From a plasmid, in sequence record CP109674.1: a DNA stretch of 64,000 nucleotides; one strand, given 5' to 3'. A program made the position numbers and the translations under genes. Of the stretch, positions 22,621 through 33,834 are shown one piece after another. The notes under the pieces were generated by a model. That model was not told the origin of the DNA, ran no database searches, and saw only the letters and a program-made list of their open reading frames with translations. Numbering within the stretch: position 1 is the stretch's first letter; the number at the start of each line of letters is the position of its first letter.

Positions 22621-23177
22621 CAGCGGCCTCACGGCCTCGCGCTCAGAACAAAATCAAAAGTACCTCCCGTCGCAAGCGCCGGGCCCCTTTCTGGCCAGAA
22701 CCCGGCACCGCATACATACCTAACCCCTGCTAAACCGACGCCGCCCCGGCCCAAAGGGCCGGAACACCCTCGCTTTAAGAGGGATGTTGTAACTAGAAAT
22801 CAGAGCCGCTGCAGTTTGAGTCGCGGTAAGCTCACTGTACACGCTCGTAAGCGCCTCACGGCGCTAACGCGGAGATACAGCCCGTCAGCGGCCTGTGGCC
22901 TCGACGTGCTCACTCCGACCGCGCACATCACAATCAGGCGTGGCGGTTAACGGATATGGCTTTGCAGGGTAAGGGATGGGACAGGCAGAACCTTTCAAAC
23001 CGCAGCGGCTTACGCCGGTCACGGCGCCCATCAACATTCTCGCCCTGTCTGGCCTCAGCTGGCGCCTCCATGCCGCGATGCGGCATCGGTGAGTTCTGCA
23101 GGACTGCATGCCCATTTTTTGTTGTCAAAAATCGTTTCGGGAATATGCTTTCAGAAACAGATAAGCGAGGCGATAAA

Positions 23178-23981
23178 ATGGACACGTTGCTTTTACCCGG
23201 CCAGAATCCCCGTGCCTGGGCGGAAACCATGATCAACCTGGAGGCCCGGAAGCTGGTGAATACGGCCAACACGGTGGCGGCCATGCACCTTCAGGATGGT
23301 TTTATCCGGATTCAATTTGTGGATGAGATCAGAGCATTCATCATGACCCAGTTTGAAGCCGCGCGCCGGGCAAAAACGGATGATGACTGTATGGCCTGTC
23401 TGCGGGCCTTACGGGCTGAAAATGCCAGCCTGCTGGAGCAGTCCCGATCGCTCAAAACCGGCTATGCAAAACTCTATGCCGAGGTGAAGGTTGTCCGGGA
23501 CGAGAACAAAATTGTGGGCTACATCATTTCTGCGGTCGACGTCGTGGTGGCCGGTGCGGCCATTTTTGGTGGGATCGTCATGATGTCTTCGATGACGCCG
23601 GTGGGCGTGGTGGCCGGCGCGGTGATTGTCGTAAATGGATTCAATACGATTTCACGGGAAGCCGCGCACAACTTCCTCGGAGATAAGCAGACGGAAGGTA
23701 TTTTCGCTGACGGCTCGATGGAGATCGCTGAATTTCTGGGATTCAGCCGGCAGCAGGGTCTGGGAACCTATAAGACGGTCACACTTTTCAGTGAAGTCTA
23801 CGGTGCGTATGGCCTGAGGCTGAAACCCGAAGCACAACGGCTGTGGTACTGGACCAGGCCCGATTTTTTCAGGAAAGTATCCAGCACGCCACGTCCCGCG
23901 ATGGCGCTTAAAATTGCGGGATGGGGGGTTAAAGCCAAAGTGGCGCTTGATTTGCTGACTATTGAGCCTTCCGGGAAATAG
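23178..23981 (+). CDS. Hypothetical membrane protein: a coiled-coil N-terminal domain followed by two TM helices. Possibly DUF4225-like.
   Basis: ATG at 23178 with a GAGG RBS. The longer ORF from 22956 or the M at 23145 are alternatives. Hydrophobic core IISAVDVVVAGAAIFGGIVMMSSMTPVGVVAGAVIVVNGF. Confidence 0.5.
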   Translation: MDTLLLPGQNPRAWAETMINLEARKLVNTANTVAAMHLQDGFIRIQFVDEIRAFIMTQFEAARRAKTDDDCMACLRALRAENASLLEQSRSLKTGYAKLYAEVKVVRDENKIVGYIISAVDVVVAGAAIFGGIVMMSSMTPVGVVAGAVIVVNGFNTISREAAHNFLGDKQTEGIFADGSMEIAEFLGFSRQQGLGTYKTVTLFSEVYGAYGLRLKPEAQRLWYWTRPDFFRKVSSTPRPAMALKIAGWGVKAKVALDLLTIEPSGK

Positions 23982-24282
23982 TTTTCTGCAGGCGGAAAGC
24001 TTTCCAGCCCAGCGCAGGTGGAAAGGTCACCCAGGCAATGATAAGGACAACAAGGGAGCTCATGCCCCCGGAAAGAATGTGTGTCCTGCTGCCGGCGATG
24101 AGGGTGACCAGCATAACCAGAACCAGCGCGACCGTGATCCATGCCGACACCCGGAAGCGCCGTGAGAGCGCTTCGATGAGATGCTGCATGGTGCCTCCGC
24201 CTGCTGCAAGTCGGCCCTGTAAGTTATCCACTTCGCTCTTGCTGAAACCTGCCTCAAGCAGGTCTTTCTCACTGATAGCCAT
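23959..24282 (-). CDS. Small membrane protein of 107 aa with two TM helices.
   Basis: Convergent with, and overlapping the 3' end of, the previous gene by 23 bp. Hydrophobic segments WITVALVLVMLVTLIAG and SLVVLIIAWVTF. Confidence 0.4.
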   Translation of the reverse strand: MAISEKDLLEAGFSKSEVDNLQGRLAAGGGTMQHLIEALSRRFRVSAWITVALVLVMLVTLIAGSRTHILSGGMSSLVVLIIAWVTFPPALGWKAFRLQKTISRKAQ

Positions 24283-24296
24283 TACGTCCTCCCTAA

Positions 24297-25067
24297 TCAG
24301 GCGAAAGTATACTGTATCAGAACAATAATCCCCAGGTGACCAGCGTAAGCATAGTAAAAGAAATTACGCGGCATGAAACGCTGGCGGCCTTCCGGACAGA
24401 TTTCCCTGCAGAAAGAAACCACCACCAGGGGGAATACCAGAGTAGGCAGCGTGGCCAGTAATAATGTTTCTGCGGGCAGGTTCGGGATATGCGACAACCC
24501 GTTTAAACAAATCAGTGACAGCACGACGCCAGCGACCGCCATTCGCTTCCCTCCGGGCATGCCACTGCCTGATAAGGTTGCCATACTGATGGCCAGCGTA
24601 ATTCCTGCCAGCCCGTAGCTTTCCGGCTCCAGTGGCCAAATCATTAGGGCCAGGATCAGATATCCCGCAAGCATTCCTTTCCGGCCGTGCCGGTACTGCA
24701 GGGCAAGCAGCTGCGTGACGCCGGCAAATACGAACAGAATGTTCAGGGCCCACCAGGGCTGGTGATGCAGGAAGGCCAGGCTGAACACCGGCTGCGTAAT
24801 GATTGCCCAGATCCACAACCGATTGGCTCTCTTCTGAAGTCGTTCCGGGGTGCGCTGTACGTTCATCGCCCATATAAGCGTGAACAGGGGGAAGGCCATC
24901 CGGCCAAGCGCATACATCATCGGCCAGGCTGGCGACAGAAACACCGTATTGGTGTGGTCGATAATCATGGCCAGAAGTGCGAGGAGCTTGACCATATCGA
25001 GAGCAGCGGGACTGAGCTGGCACGCGTTCCGGATACTGGGAAGAACGTTGGGTACTGAATGATTCAT
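24297..25067 (-). CDS. traX: TraX-family protein (F-pilin N-acetylase-like polytopic membrane protein).
   Basis: 256 aa with multiple TM helices. The LALLAMIIDH motif near the N-terminus is typical of TraX. Confidence 0.7.
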   Translation of the reverse strand: MNHSVPNVLPSIRNACQLSPAALDMVKLLALLAMIIDHTNTVFLSPAWPMMYALGRMAFPLFTLIWAMNVQRTPERLQKRANRLWIWAIITQPVFSLAFLHHQPWWALNILFVFAGVTQLLALQYRHGRKGMLAGYLILALMIWPLEPESYGLAGITLAISMATLSGSGMPGGKRMAVAGVVLSLICLNGLSHIPNLPAETLLLATLPTLVFPLVVVSFCREICPEGRQRFMPRNFFYYAYAGHLGIIVLIQYTFA

Positions 25068-25434
25068 GCTGTATATTCCCCTGGCGACACGCGGTTAACA
25101 GCCAGCCCTGAACATAATGCCAGAATGCCCTGCCAGTTTGCGATGTGACCCTGACCTTTAGTTTCTCCAGAATCTTGCGCACCGCAAATTCTGATTTATC
25201 ACGCAGCACGCGCATTGCACCTGCCACATCCTTATTCTGAATACAGATATTTAAAATATGAAAATCGTTCATAACACTCCCTTCCTTACTACATATATCG
25301 GCAAATATATTGATATATTTAGTTTAAGGAGTGCAATTGCTTATTATTTTACCATATTTTGCATGGAAAGATTTTTATAATTATAAAACATGCTGCTGCA
25401 AAATAACTTAATATACATCTCAACCTAAAACCGA

Positions 25435-25959
25435 TTATTCCTGGCTGATATCCGAAGATTGAGCAGGATGAAGCTTTGCATAATCTTCTCGAAGCGATTT
25501 TGCCGCGGGTTTCCAGGCTTTCGCCCACTCATCATCCATTCTTCCTACACCAACAATCTTCAGTGCGACAGCATAGGGGGTGCGCCCTTGCTGTTTTGAA
25601 AGCCACAGGATGTGATCATCAATTCTGTCATCAGGTATATCGTCGATAATGGAATGGATAACATCGAGATCCTCTGGCAGCCACGGCTTTCCAGTACGGG
25701 GAAACACCAGGTCCGGTTCGCGCGGTTTCTTTACCTTCTCGTTTTTAGCGATCTGTCTGGCTTCTTTCTCCGCAGAAATGAGCCGTAGTCGCTCCTTAAG
25801 CCCACCCAGTGTGGCAACCGTTTTAATTAAATTTTCTCGCTGTTCGCGAGTAATGCTTTGCTCATCGCAGATCAGGTCGTTCAGGGTATCGATGAGTGTA
25901 TCTACCCGATTTTCTGTTAATTTCATTTCCAGTTCTCGCTTAAGGCTACAACTCAGCAT
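25435..25959 (-). CDS. Hypothetical protein. The alternative start at M12 gives 25435..25926.
   Basis: The ORF has no recognisable family. It is moderately charged with a D-rich segment (IIDDIPDDRIDD). Confidence 0.4.
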   Translation of the reverse strand: MLSCSLKRELEMKLTENRVDTLIDTLNDLICDEQSITREQRENLIKTVATLGGLKERLRLISAEKEARQIAKNEKVKKPREPDLVFPRTGKPWLPEDLDVIHSIIDDIPDDRIDDHILWLSKQQGRTPYAVALKIVGVGRMDDEWAKAWKPAAKSLREDYAKLHPAQSSDISQE

Positions 25960-26100
25960 TCTATTAGATATCTATTTGATTTCGCATCCCTGTTGATCTC
26001 ATAAATGCAGTCCATAGTCTCGATCACTGAGCATGGAAGCCTGATGCTAAAATGATATACTGATGTAAGAACAAATCTTACATAATGAAACGGAGGGGTT

Positions 26101-26361
26101 ATGGCCCGTACGATGACGGTGGACGTGGGTGATGAGCTGCGCGAATTTATCGATTCCCTGGTTAAGGCTGGTGATTACCGTACCCAGAGCGAGGTCATGC
26201 GAGATGCGCTGCGTCTTCTGCGAGAGAAGCAGGCTGAATCCCGCCTTCAGGAACTGCGCGATCTGCTGGCCGAAGGCATCAGCAGCGGCGAGGCGAAACC
26301 ATGGAACAAGGATGCATTCCTGAATAATGTCAGGGCCAGGGTGGCAAATGAAAGAGATTGA
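26101..26361 (+). CDS. parD: ParD-family RHH antitoxin.
   Basis: 86 aa. MARTMTVDVGDELREFIDSLVKAGDYRTQSEVMRDALRLL is characteristic of ParD (COG3609). Confidence 0.8.
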   Translation: MARTMTVDVGDELREFIDSLVKAGDYRTQSEVMRDALRLLREKQAESRLQELRDLLAEGISSGEAKPWNKDAFLNNVRARVANERD

Positions 26362-26644
26362 GCTGACACCCAAAGCAGAAGAAGATCTGGAAGCAATCTG
26401 GGGCTACAGCTTCCGACAGTTCGGGATTGTTCAGGCGGATGCGTATATCAGCCGTATAGCAGCGGTTTTTAACGTGCTGGCCATGCATGACATCGGCACG
26501 CATCGCGCTGAGCTGGGAGACAATATCTGCTCGTTGCCGGTGGAACAGCACATGATCTATTTTGTGCCATCGCATTCGGTGGTTACGGTCATACGTATTC
26601 TCAGCCAGTCTCAGGATACGGCACGGCATGAACCCTGGATATAA
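26348..26644 (+). CDS. parE: ParE/RelE-superfamily toxin.
   Basis: Start MKEIELTPKAEEDLEAIW overlaps the parD stop by 14 nt, which is typical ParDE architecture. Confidence 0.8.
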   Translation: MKEIELTPKAEEDLEAIWGYSFRQFGIVQADAYISRIAAVFNVLAMHDIGTHRAELGDNICSLPVEQHMIYFVPSHSVVTVIRILSQSQDTARHEPWI

Positions 26645-26792
26645 TCGGGCAAGAAACTTTAAATACATAAAAATCAATTACTTAGTTCGTGTAATCTATC
26701 TTATGTTAAATTTAGTCCGTCGTTCATTTAGTTCATAACAGGCCGCAGACTACGATTAATCATACACAGATATAATCTTTCATTTGGTTTAA

Positions 26793-26822
26793 AAAAAACG
26801 CTCCCGATCGGGAGCGTAAGCC
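26793..26822 (-). terminator. Rho-independent terminator downstream of pcoE.
   Basis: Hairpin GCTCCCGATCGGGAGC followed by a U-run on the minus strand (A8 on plus at 26793-26800). Confidence 0.6.
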
Positions 26823-26867
26823 AGTGACTTCGGCGTCAAATGAGGGTCTGACAAGTGGAGCTGCGGG

Positions 26868-27302
26868 TTAATTCTGGGTGATCTGGCTGCGATGCTTTTC
26901 AGCCTGCTGCTGATGAATAACGGAAGATTGACCATTATTCGCCTTCTCATGCACAACAGCGGCTTTCTCATGCTCGTTCATTTCGGAAAATGATTTTGCT
27001 GTTTCGTTAGAAGCTGCTGGCTTGGATTTCATCATTTTTTTATGCATTTCAGCCATGTCCTGATGGGCAGCAGAATTGCCGTTTTGCATCATTTCATGGG
27101 ACATTGCGGCCTGATCGTGACCGCTCATATCCATCATTTTCATGCTCTCCCCCTGAACTGCACTTTTTTCAGCGGATGATTGCATCTGATGGGCAGGCGC
27201 CTGGGCATTATTTACCTGGTCATGCATGTTCATTGTCTCTGCAGCCCAGGCAGATGAAGCGACAGCCATCATAGCAATAAAGGATACAAGGATCTTTTTC
27301 AT
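26868..27302 (-). CDS. pcoE: PcoE periplasmic Met/His-rich copper-binding protein.
   Basis: Signal peptide MKKILVSFIAMMAVASSAWA followed by M/H-rich repeats (SEMNEHEKAAVVHE). Position after pcoRS matches the pcoABCDRSE order. Confidence 0.85.
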   Translation of the reverse strand: MKKILVSFIAMMAVASSAWAAETMNMHDQVNNAQAPAHQMQSSAEKSAVQGESMKMMDMSGHDQAAMSHEMMQNGNSAAHQDMAEMHKKMMKSKPAASNETAKSFSEMNEHEKAAVVHEKANNGQSSVIHQQQAEKHRSQITQN

Positions 27303-27474
27303 GGTTGGGTCTCCGGTGTTTTCATACCCGAACAATCAATGCTTATAACAGAGAAAGCATTTGATCTCAGGGCTGGTTGATCATCACGCCAGGAACCGGG
27401 CGATTGAATTATCACGCTGTCCTGATTTATGGCTGATTATAAAAAACCGCCTCTGTTTATCGCGTGACTGAACG

Positions 27475-27490
27475 ATGACATTTTTGTCAC
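27475..27490. promoter_or_regulatory. CusR/PcoR-type copper box upstream of pcoE.
   Basis: Palindrome ATGACATTTTTGTCAC, close to the ATGACAnnnnTGTCAT consensus. About 185 bp upstream of the pcoE start. Confidence 0.5.
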
Positions 27491-27517
27491 CTTCCGGGTT
27501 TCTCCTGAATAACGGTA

Positions 27518-28918
27518 TTAATCCATTAACAGACGCACACTGAACACAATTTCCCGCCCCTGCTGTTCTGCTGACAGCTCGCCGCCGTGAGCATGAATGA
27601 TCGACCTTGTAATTGATAATCCCAGCCCCGCGCCTTCCGTATTGTAGAACCTTGATGAGTCTGCGCGATAGAACCGGTCAAACAAACGTTCCAGATTAGC
27701 GGGAACCTGGCCGGACATCGTATTCGTAATCATCACGTTCACACAGTCACTGTCACGCTCAAGGTGTATCGCTGTACAGGTGTTATCGGGAGAATACTTG
27801 ATTGCATTGGAAAGCAGGTTACTGAAAGCACGTCGGAGCATATCGCTGTCTCCGGCAACAACGCCCTCTCCTTCAACCGTGATTGTCTTTCCTGTTTCGT
27901 CTGCCAGGGGCTCGAACAACTCACGTAATTCATTCAGTTCGGCTGCCAGATCCACATCATGTTTATCCAGCCGCAGCAGACCATGCTCTGAACGTGCCAG
28001 AAAAAGCATGTCACTGGTCATTCGTGACAACCTTTTCAGTTCTTCCAGGTTAGCGAATAAAATTTCGCGGTAATGCGAAACATCCCTTTCCTTAGCCAGT
28101 GCAAACTGCGTCTGCATCATCAGATTACTGACTGGTGTGCGCAGCTCATGCGCGATGTCAGACGAGAAATCTGACAGTTTCCGGAATGCCCCCTCCAGGC
28201 GATCAAACATATTATTGAACTCCTGCATGGTCTCAGAGATTTCCGGCGGAGCCAGATCGGGATTTAGACGCTGATCCAGGCTGTGTACAGTCATGGAGGA
28301 AGCCAGACTGGTCATTTCCCGTAACGGTTTCAGACCAATACGTGTGGTCAGCCAGCCCAGAAAAACAGAAATAAAGACCAGACCGATATTGAACCAGAAC
28401 AGCCAGGTACTGAGTTTGTCCATAAACAGGGTGTGATACCCAGTATCCGTGGCAACCGTAATGATGACATGTTTGCTTTTACCCTGTTCCGGCGTCATGG
28501 CAACCCGCCGCGAGATACTGCGGTACACGGTGTTATTTTCTTCCGTCTGGATCATATAGTCGAGAATATCACCCGACTTATTAAGCAGGACCGCTGGAAC
28601 AACAGAATTTTTGGCATAGAGTTCAACAATTTTTTCATTTTCCATGTTTTTTATAGAAATGAATAAACCATTGTGCCCTACCATCGCATCGTTTATTTTT
28701 TCTGATAATGACTTAATATCCGTTTTGTTCCGGAACGTCTCTGTTTTAAGAAACTCTTCGGTGAGCTGAAGTTTACCTGTCAGAAAATCGCGGTCCTGAT
28801 TATCGAAATAGCCATTAAGGGTGCTAATCAGGATAAAACTTGATAACCACCATACCGTAAGCATCACCGCAGAAAAAATCAGGCTCAGGCGTGTGGTCAG
28901 GGAAATTTTGAACCTCAC
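27518..28918 (-). CDS. pcoS: Copper-responsive sensor histidine kinase.
   Basis: 466 aa with two TM segments, HAMP and HisKA (H-box IAHELRTP) plus an ATPase domain. Overlaps pcoR by 4 nt. Confidence 0.85.
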   Translation of the reverse strand: MRFKISLTTRLSLIFSAVMLTVWWLSSFILISTLNGYFDNQDRDFLTGKLQLTEEFLKTETFRNKTDIKSLSEKINDAMVGHNGLFISIKNMENEKIVELYAKNSVVPAVLLNKSGDILDYMIQTEENNTVYRSISRRVAMTPEQGKSKHVIITVATDTGYHTLFMDKLSTWLFWFNIGLVFISVFLGWLTTRIGLKPLREMTSLASSMTVHSLDQRLNPDLAPPEISETMQEFNNMFDRLEGAFRKLSDFSSDIAHELRTPVSNLMMQTQFALAKERDVSHYREILFANLEELKRLSRMTSDMLFLARSEHGLLRLDKHDVDLAAELNELRELFEPLADETGKTITVEGEGVVAGDSDMLRRAFSNLLSNAIKYSPDNTCTAIHLERDSDCVNVMITNTMSGQVPANLERLFDRFYRADSSRFYNTEGAGLGLSITRSIIHAHGGELSAEQQGREIVFSVRLLMD

Positions 28919-29595
28919 TCTTCTCTGATCTCCAGGACATATCCGGCACCGCGAACGGTATGGATCAGTTTTGGCTCAAAGTCATCATCAATTTTACTTC
29001 TCAGACGTCTCACGGCGACATCAATCACATTCGTATCACTGTCAAAATTCATGTTCCAGACCAGGGACGAGATAAGACTCCTGGGTAACACTTCTCCGGT
29101 GCGTTGCAGCAGCAACTCAAGCAGAACGTATTCTTTACCGGTGAGATGGATCTTCTTCCCCGAACGGATCACGGTCCGGCGCACCATATCAACGGTCATA
29201 TCGGCGATGGTGCAGACTGTTGCGGCCTGCGAGCGTGCCCGGCGCAGTAGGGTTCTTACACGTGCAACCAGCTCCGTAAAATCAAAGGGCTTAATCAGGT
29301 AGTCATCTGCGCCAAGCTCCAGTCCTTTCACTTTGTCCCGCACGTTGTCCTTTGCGGTTAAAAACAGGACCGGTTCTTCGTGCCCGGACTCCCTCAGTGC
29401 GCTGATGATTTGCCACCCGTCGAGGAAAGGCAGCATCACGTCCAGTATTATCAAATCATACTGTCCCTTCGACGCGGCCCCGAGACCATCGCGGCCATTA
29501 TTAAAGAGATCGGCCTGATAGCCTTCCTCAACCAGTCCCTGCTGCAGGTAACGACCTGTTTTTTGTTCGTCTTCAACGATTAAAATACGCTGCAT
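28915..29595 (-). CDS. pcoR: OmpR-family response regulator.
   Basis: [21 protein letters not shown]... with a receiver domain plus a winged-helix domain. Confidence 0.85.
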   Translation of the reverse strand: MQRILIVEDEQKTGRYLQQGLVEEGYQADLFNNGRDGLGAASKGQYDLIILDVMLPFLDGWQIISALRESGHEEPVLFLTAKDNVRDKVKGLELGADDYLIKPFDFTELVARVRTLLRRARSQAATVCTIADMTVDMVRRTVIRSGKKIHLTGKEYVLLELLLQRTGEVLPRSLISSLVWNMNFDSDTNVIDVAVRRLRSKIDDDFEPKLIHTVRGAGYVLEIREE

Positions 29596-29649
29596 GGTCA
29601 ACTCGCTGATATGAAAGTAAAAATCTCACGCATGAGCTTTGGCTGTCCC

Positions 29650-30579
29650 CTAGCTGACCTGAGACGGAGCAAGCATTCCGAGCCACGCTACGGCGCCCAG
29701 AATGATAATCGCAACAACGAATTCTGTCAGGATGCTGTTTCGCATCAGGGCAACGCTGCGATCATAATTCCCTTCCCTGACCATAACTTCAAGCCGGGGA
29801 CCCAGGTGAAACCGGTTTGCTGCAGCCAGAAGAAGCATCAGAACAAACAGAGCCGTCTTGGCAAGCAATATCCTCCCCCAGGAACTGTTGAATAAGGGAG
29901 TTAAGTTACCCTCAGCAATATACAGATAGTTGACCAGCGCACTCAGGATCAGGGCTACAACAATCACCGTTCCTGCCGTGGCAAATTTTGCCAGGGAGTC
30001 AGATATCACAATGACGCTCTGTGCATTATGCTCGTTTCTGCGCATCAGCAGGATAGCAAATGCAACCAGAGCACCTGTCCAGGCACCTGCAGCGCCGAGA
30101 TGGGTCAGATCGCTCAGTAAATGGAGATAGTAATGCAGACCGTCATGCATAACGGCGTGTCCTCCCCAGGCAAGTGTAGCCAGCGCCACGCCCCCACTCA
30201 TCGTCATCAGCAGGCAGGACAATACTCTCTTATTAGTGTAAAGGAACAAAGCACCGAGTGTGGTAAACAGGGCACAGAGCCTGACAATCCAGCTAATACC
30301 CACATCAGTTTCTTCTATCACCATCTCGATAACATGGATGGATAATTCTCTGAGGTCAGTTACTCCACTCATGGCATTAGATACCAGGAGCATATTAATG
30401 CCAGTAAGAATGATGCCTGTAACAACAGCAAAGGTTATAAACGACCTGAAATTAGTCAGGTTATAGGTTTCATGTCTGACACCGCTTATTCCATATATCT
30501 GAAAAAATGGCAATCCAAATATTACCATCAAATCCAGATAAAGAAGAAAACGAATAACAATCATAATCAGGTCGTTCAT
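29650..30579 (-). CDS. pcoD: Copper resistance protein D (inner-membrane copper transporter).
   Basis: 309 aa with about 8 TM helices. CopD/PcoD family by composition and operon position. Confidence 0.85.
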
Positions 30580-30583
30580 AATA

Positions 30584-30964
30584 TTACTTCACTGTAAAGG
30601 TGTAATTACCGGTAATAGGGTGCGTATCTGAAGAAACCGCGCGCCAGTCAACACGATAAGTGCCAGCGGGTAAAGGCTCTCGCGGAATAATGACCATCGA
30701 TTTAGGGTCAGCGCCTGGCGCCACTTTTGCCGCGACCGGCATCGGAGAATGTGATGACATGCCTTTCATACCCGTCATCGTTAATTTTGCACCTGAGAAT
30801 TTCACGGTCAGATTTTCCGAGAAATTAAGCTGAATCTTTTCCGGGGCCGCTACGGCTGAATCAGCCTGTGGCACAGAGCTTTTTAATTCCGGATGGGCCA
30901 TAGCAGAGAAAGCAACGCCCATAACGAGGCCACCTGTAAGAATGGCTTTATTTAAAATCGACAT
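30584..30964 (-). CDS. pcoC: Copper resistance protein C (periplasmic copper chaperone).
   Basis: 126 aa with a signal peptide. The [10 protein letters not shown] start of the mature protein and the Met-rich loop [13 protein letters not shown] are typical of CopC/PcoC. Confidence 0.9.
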
Positions 30965-31003
30965 TTTATTTACCTGTTTAGTTGAGTGTTTTATATCAGT
31001 GCG

Positions 31004-31903
31004 TTAAAACCAGATTCTGGCTCCCGCCAGGAATACTACCTGATGGTCTTTCTCACCTTCTCTTTTCGCCATATCGGATGTTTTCCCGTAAAGTTGATTC
31101 CAGGAAACGCCTATATAGGGTGCAAACTCACGGCGTATTTCATAGCGCAGCCGGAGCCCCAGCTCTGTGTCAGTCAGTCCCCTGCCGCGACCCCGCGATT
31201 CATCATCCTGACTGTAGAAATTCACCTCATAGGATGGCTGGAGTATGAGCCGGTTAGTCAGTAAAACGTCGTATTCTCCTCCCAGACGAAGGGCTGCTTT
31301 TCCGCCATTACTGACAAAACCCGTAATTTCAGACTCAAAATTATAGAGTGCCAGCCCCTGAAAACCGACAGCAGCCCAGGTCCGGGCAGAAGCAGGTCTG
31401 AAATCCTGCCTGACACCCGCAACCAAATCCCACCATGGGCCAACCGCATGTCCCCAGAGTAACTGCGCTTCAGCCGCCTCCGTTTCCCCATTGCTTCGTT
31501 CACCTTCACTCTTTAGCCAAATCCGATCTGTGTCGCCTCCAATCCAGCTGTTAACACTCCAGCTGAAATTGTTGGTGTTATCCGACCGTTGCCATTCCAG
31601 TTGATCCAGCAGAACCAGATAATTAATCGCACTGTCGTGAATCGCATGCCCCTGTAAATTGCCGAATGCAGCCTTCCGGTCGGCATCGGTAACAGGCGGA
31701 ATTGGCGTTCTGCTCTCAGTTACAATGGGCTCCATTGACGTCATCTCAGTGAAATTCTCATCTGCTGGCATCTGCATGGCAGACATGTCGTGCCCGGCGT
31801 GGGGATCTGCAGAGACGGAGCCCGCCGCAATAGAAAACTGTGAGGTAAACAAACCGGCGACCAGAACAGGTATGGCCTTCAAATTTCTCTTCATTCGCAT
31901 CAT
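31004..31903 (-). CDS. pcoB: Copper resistance protein B (outer membrane).
   Basis: 299 aa with a signal peptide and a Met/His-rich N-terminal region. Start overlaps the pcoA stop (ATGA) with a GGAGGA RBS. Confidence 0.85.
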   Translation of the reverse strand: MMRMKRNLKAIPVLVAGLFTSQFSIAAGSVSADPHAGHDMSAMQMPADENFTEMTSMEPIVTESRTPIPPVTDADRKAAFGNLQGHAIHDSAINYLVLLDQLEWQRSDNTNNFSWSVNSWIGGDTDRIWLKSEGERSNGETEAAEAQLLWGHAVGPWWDLVAGVRQDFRPASARTWAAVGFQGLALYNFESEITGFVSNGGKAALRLGGEYDVLLTNRLILQPSYEVNFYSQDDESRGRGRGLTDTELGLRLRYEIRREFAPYIGVSWNQLYGKTSDMAKREGEKDHQVVFLAGARIWF

Positions 31904-33723
31904 TCCTCCACCCGGACTTCACGAAACATTCCCATTTCCATGTGATAGAGCAAATGGCAGTGATACGCCCAGCGGCCAAGCGCATCTGCTGTCACTCTGT
32001 AACTGCGTTTTGTACCAGGGGGAACATCTATTGTGTGTTTACGAACCATGAAATTACCGTTTTCATCTTCCAGATCGCTCCACATACCATGCAGGTGAAT
32101 GGGGTGAGTCATCATGGTATCGTTGATCAGCGTGATCCTGAGCCGCTCACCGTATTTCAGCAGCACCGGTGCGGCATCTGAAAACTTGATTCCGTTAAAT
32201 GACCAGGCAAACTTTTCCATGTGGCCGGTTAAATGCAGTTCTATGGTACGGCCAGGTTCACGTCCGTCAGGATCCTCAAAGCGGCTTTTCAAATCCGCGT
32301 ACGTGAGAACCTTTCTTCCGTTATTTCGAAGACCAATACCCGGATCATTTAATTTCGGAGAGACGCTCATCGCCTGCATATCAACCAGTGGGTTATCCGT
32401 TTCTGACGCAGGATGACTTTGCATACCCGGCATTCCGGCCATCCGGGAATGATCCATACCGGCCATGCTGCTGTGATCCATGGGCGCGGAGGATGTCCCG
32501 CTATCCGGAAGGTCAGCACCGTCCATAGACATCATCTCTCCGCTGTTATCCATGCCTCCCATCTGGCTGTGGTCCATTCCTGCCATATCATGTCCCATTC
32601 CCCCCATACCCATATCTTCCATGGTCAACAGAGGACGGGGATCGAGGGGGGGAACGGCAGCACTTAACCCCTCTCTCGTGGCCAGTGTCCCTCGAGCGTA
32701 ACCGGTCCTGTCCATGGATTGTGCGAAGATGGTATAGGCCTCACCCTGAGGCTCCACAATGACATCATAGGTTTCGGCAACGGCAATCCTGAATTCGTCA
32801 ACGGTAACCGGGTTTACATACTGGCCATCTGCAGCCACGACCGTCATTTTCAGCCCGGGGATACGGATATCGAAATAGGTCATTGCCGAGCCGTTGATAA
32901 ACCGTAAGCGTATCTTTTCACCGGGACGGAACAGTCCGGTCCAGTTTTTCAGCGGGGCCTGCCCGTTCATGAGATAGGTGTAGGTGTAGCCACTGACATC
33001 CGCGAGGTCAGTCGGATTCATTTTCATTTCAGCCCACATTTTCCGATCGGCAATGGTGGCTGACAGCCCCCTGGTATTCACGTCGCGGAAAAAAGAGCCA
33101 ACGGTTGGTTTATTGAAATTGTAGTAATCCGACTGTTTTTTTAATTTTTTCAGCAGGCTGTGAGGATTTTCATCGGTCCAGTCAGACAACATGACCACAT
33201 GCTCACGATCGTAAGCAAACGGTTCTGGCTCCCTGGCATCGATGATAATGGCACCGTATACCCCCTCCTGTTCCTGCAGACCGGAATGGCTGTGGTACCA
33301 GTAAGTCCCGTTCTGCTTAACCTTAAAGGTGTAAACGTAGGTATCATCAGGCTCTATGCCCATAAAACTCAGCCCCGGAACACCATCCATATTGGCCGGA
33401 AGAATAATGCCGTGCCAGTGAATGGACGTCTGTTCATTAAGACGGTTTTTGACCTTCAGGGTAATGGTGTCACCTTCTTTCCAGCGAAGAACGGGCCCCG
33501 GCAGGCCTCCATTGATTGTTTTGGCCTGACGCTCACTGCCCGTGATATTGACGGCCGTTTCACCAATGGTCAGGTCAAACTGAGTACCCTGCAGGGATGC
33601 GGCAACTGGCAGGCTCAGACTGGAACGCGCATTGAAACTCCATACGCCAAGACTTCCGGCTACGCCAGAGAGGGTTAACCCCTTCAGGAAAGTTCGTCGA
33701 GACGTTTTCAACAGCATGCGCAT
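31900..33723 (-). CDS. pcoA: Multicopper oxidase PcoA (Tat-secreted).
   Basis: 607 aa. Twin-arginine signal SRRTFLKGL. Cu-binding motifs HWHG and [12 protein letters not shown]. Internal Met-rich insert ([15 protein letters not shown]...). Confidence 0.9.
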   Translation of the reverse strand: MRMLLKTSRRTFLKGLTLSGVAGSLGVWSFNARSSLSLPVAASLQGTQFDLTIGETAVNITGSERQAKTINGGLPGPVLRWKEGDTITLKVKNRLNEQTSIHWHGIILPANMDGVPGLSFMGIEPDDTYVYTFKVKQNGTYWYHSHSGLQEQEGVYGAIIIDAREPEPFAYDREHVVMLSDWTDENPHSLLKKLKKQSDYYNFNKPTVGSFFRDVNTRGLSATIADRKMWAEMKMNPTDLADVSGYTYTYLMNGQAPLKNWTGLFRPGEKIRLRFINGSAMTYFDIRIPGLKMTVVAADGQYVNPVTVDEFRIAVAETYDVIVEPQGEAYTIFAQSMDRTGYARGTLATREGLSAAVPPLDPRPLLTMEDMGMGGMGHDMAGMDHSQMGGMDNSGEMMSMDGADLPDSGTSSAPMDHSSMAGMDHSRMAGMPGMQSHPASETDNPLVDMQAMSVSPKLNDPGIGLRNNGRKVLTYADLKSRFEDPDGREPGRTIELHLTGHMEKFAWSFNGIKFSDAAPVLLKYGERLRITLINDTMMTHPIHLHGMWSDLEDENGNFMVRKHTIDVPPGTKRSYRVTADALGRWAYHCHLLYHMEMGMFREVRVEE

Positions 33724-33834
33724 TCCCTTATTTAAAGTATGGTTACTGACAGAATTCGAGAACCGATTTAAATTAAATTACTGGTTCATCCACTTACAAT
33801 GAAATGAATCTAGCACACCTTAAGAAACAAATTC

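Noticed and set aside
24364-25272. A 302-aa minus-strand ORF spanning traX.
   Set aside because: It is an out-of-frame read-through across traX with an Arg/Pro/Gly-rich composition. Only its first 60 or so codons upstream of traX might be real.
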